Origin: Marsupella aquatica
Taxonomy: Eukaryota > Plantae > Marchantiophyta
Direction of reading: 5' to 3'
Length of the DNA stretch: 64,000 nucleotides
Assembly (NCBI GenBank): GCA_973895155.1
Contig: OZ316891.1
Location: forward strand, 29,680,331-29,744,330
Part shown: piece after piece, positions 60,940-64,000 of the stretch
Layout: every line of letters starts with the position of its first letter
How positions within the stretch are numbered: position 1 is the stretch's first letter
Translations under genes and position numbers: made by a program
Notes under the pieces: generated by a model
The model's database searches: none
Told to the model about the DNA's origin: nothing
The model's input: the letters and a program-made list of their open reading frames with translations, nothing else

Positions 60940-63900
60940 ATGGTTATCATTAGAGAGGTCAACTCTTTCATAGACCTGGTGGTCAAAGCTACAACCTTTG
61001 CTAACCAACTCCAAGATAATTGGTACCAAGGTTCGGCAGAGGTGCATTCGTTCAAACACCAAGTCTGGATACTTCGTCAGAAGCATGATCAGTGGAGCGC
61101 TCAGCTACGGAGACATGGGGTTTCGGAGGACGAAATTCTTTTGCGTGCAGTGCAGGCAGCCGTTCAAGTTCTGCAGGACCAAGAGCAATACTTGAGAAGG
61201 CTCCAGAAGAATCCTTTGTTGAGATTGAGGAGAAAGGCATTCCCAAGCCTGCTCACGTACTCTTTGAAGAATGTGTCGGACATCGTGGACGCTGGGCCTC
61301 AGCTGCTGGCAGCAAGGGTTGCTACGTTTGACCTCTTGGAGAGAGTCGGGGCCCAGACTCCGGCTCAATTGCCTTTCATTCCGGATCCCAGTTACGTCCC
61401 GATTTCACAAACTATTCTGGAGATACGAAAGGCCTTGGAGGATAATGAAGGGCCTCGTGTAGTGTCTGTGTTTGGAGGGCCAGGATTGGGCAAGACTAGT
61501 GTGGTGAAATATTTAGCACTCCAGTATCAAGAGGAGAGACAGCAAGGTTTACGACAAACCCAGCGCAAGCCACTCAGTTTTCCTGATGGAGTCTATTATT
61601 TGTTTTGCGGAAAGGACGACAAGGACGCCCAAGACAGAGTGAAGCAGTTGCAGCTAGACCTGCTCGACTGTCTGGGCTTTGGACCAGGCTCTTCAGCTCC
61701 ACGGAATGTCGAATGGACGGGTAACGGAATGCAGGAAGGGGCCTATCTTGACCTAACGTCACCTCAACTGAAGCTCCAATCACGCTTAGCTGAGCAAATG
61801 TTGCTCATTGTACTAGATGATATCTGGGAGCGGGAGGTATTGCAACAGCTCTTGGTTCCTGTGAAGGGAGTAAAATATCTGATAACTTCCCAAATGAAAG
61901 AAATTTGGAGTCCGGCAGCAAAAATCCAGATGAGATATCCGACTTTTGGAGAAGCCAGGCAAATCATGTCTAATTATACAAACGGGCTTCCGATGAAGGG
62001 AAAATTTCCTCACAACATTCAGGTACAATTCTTTCTACAAATTTTCTGCATGAAGTTCAGGGAATCTGTGGATACAGCCTTGCGTTCACTTATTAGCAGC
62101 TCTTGCCTCATCAATTGGAAGAATGTGCTACCGTGTGTTCAAAATGTACAAGGAATGAGATCTTAAACAGTGATATAGGTACTAACTAGTTACGTCTATT
62201 ATATGTAACGGCTTCGCTGATTTCGAGCATTTTATTGTTCCTGTAGAGTGTGACGGATGCCATCATCCAAAACGTAGGCTCGCATCCACTATGTTTGGCT
62301 AATGTGGGCATTAGCATCAACAGCAGCAGAGCAACTGATGGGAGCCGTTGGAAAGCGATAAATGATGATATTCATGCTCTCCTTCACGAGGTCGACGAGG
62401 TCCAGGGCAGTCCAGCTATAGTGTATGAGCAATCTTACCATTCCAAAATCGGGGCCTCGATGATGCTCATGGTGGAGTGTTTACATCCAAATGCACGTGG
62501 ACTCCTCTTCTTGATTGCATTATTGGGGGGCGAACATTTGCCAGAAACTCTGGTGAGGTATTTTTACAAATGGATGCACCCGGCCGAGCCATCCACAGAT
62601 GTCCACCTGAAATACGAGAACCAGGAAAAGTACTTGGCAGACAGGTCATTGGTTGACATGCACGTTCAAGGAAATGAGTCAACGCTGGAAAAAAGAACCT
62701 TGACTGGTCATGGCTTAAGGATGCGCTACATTCGGGAGAAAAATGCTCCCGATGTCCAGTCTATCGCTGCCCAAATAGTACAAAGCGGTAATCAAGGTGG
62801 GACTGAACTGAGTATTCAGAAAGGGGATGCAGAGGCAACGCTTGTTACGATCTTGAGTGCAATGTACTTCCCAAAACCGTTAACGGTTGTGGTAGCAAAT
62901 ACTCTCGAAAAGCATCTTCGAATACTCGCTGATGGCACCATTCCTCGAAACCTAAGTCGGGGCATCGATCCCCATAAGCTTTTGAGCTTCGCAAGGTCTA
63001 AAATGAATGATCTAGTTTGGCTTATAAACGTCGATCACAGAGATCCTGATTGGAAGCACCAAGCGCACGGGTATGCCAAAAAGGTAAAAGTAGTTAGTAA
63101 TTCACATTTTGCAATAACAATTCCCTTCAAGTAAGTCTACGTAGTTGAAAAAATCACCATTCATGGAAGCTATTTACGATCAAGAAGTGAATAAAATTGA
63201 AATCCACATTGACTTGATGCTTAACATCCTCTTCTTTCAAGTGGCTTCTTCGAGCTTACTCTGGTTACTAACAACATCATCTACATGCTCGTTTTCTTGT
63301 GGTCCGTAGATAATTATCAAGCTAGCCTGTCAAGGGACATTGGATGACTACAGTATGGCAGGCTTGCTTCAACTCCCTCAAACAACCACAGTTGCATGTG
63401 CCGTACTCGATGGGTACTTTGGGCCCTATGGTTCTCATGATTCAGACCGAACAGTCTCAAGCACAAATGGCGAGACAATGAATACTCTGCTCGCTCTCTT
63501 GCATGACGATGGTGTATCAACCACGAGACGAGTTGCCGTAATTCGTGCTCTTGGCGTTATTCTTGACTATGAGAGCAAAGATACCATCCTCAGCGTGGCC
63601 GCCAAGTATATGGAAGTACTGGCGATAGATTTCAGTGACTCTGTTCTCCAGATTGCTGTAGCGCAGTACTGGTGCCGATACTATTTCTGCGCTAGAAGAG
63701 GAGCAATTCTGATGGGCGAATTTACAAGAATTTTGGATTGCCTCATGGGCTTACTAGTCTCCGGGAAAGCCTACAAGGTCCGACTTTCTGCAGCAAAGGC
63801 CCTCCTCTGGTTCTGTCAATGGAAGTGTACGTCCCTCAAAGTAGCAGCCATACCACACGCCCTCGAAATACTATTCAATTTGTTCCTCTCAATAAAGACC

Positions 63901-64000
63901 CTCGGAAACCTTCCATTCACTTGGGGATTTCGTACGGAAGATCCACCATATTTGGCAGGATACATGTTGGGTTACCTGACCTCCGTGGAGGAGAACAGGA
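60940..64000 (+). CDS. NB-ARC/STAND gene copy C; exons approx. 60940-62022, 62247-63083, 63310 to past the window end
   Basis: GGPGLGKT, LIVLDDIW, GSHPL. Same intron positions as copy A; no stop noticed in the spliced frame within the window. Confidence 0.85.

Overview
The window has two parts. Bases 1-2100 are high-GC alphaproteobacterial-type DNA: a 5'-truncated CnoX/YbbN thioredoxin-TPR gene, a Lon-N domain gene, a Trm112/UPF0434 gene and a secreted-protein ORF. This is joined abruptly to land-plant nuclear DNA (2101-64000; bryophyte-like by inference). The plant part carries an EMB1703-like gene, mitochondrial peroxiredoxin IIF, an intronless SIG2-like plastid sigma factor and a three-copy cluster of NB-ARC genes with no visible LRR. 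The main observation is two divergent Ty3/Gypsy-type retroelements (11072-20829 minus; 27044-36196 plus). Each has a single gag-PR-[C5 DNA methyltransferase]-RT-RNaseH-DDE integrase-PHD polyprotein, TG...CA termini and a perfect 4-bp TSD, but neither has conventional LTRs. Their LTR appears split (circularly permuted) at an internal palindromic att site. Element 1 reads B-internal-PPT-A-gc-B-A and element 2 reads B-internal-PPT-A, which is what integration of a 2-LTR circle and a 1-LTR circle, opened inside the LTR, would produce. Both also have a Tf1-like self-priming PBS (14 and 12 bp complementary to an upstream Inr-like site). Element 2 sits inside a long-TIR non-autonomous DNA transposon. 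All coordinates were read by eye; no searches were run.
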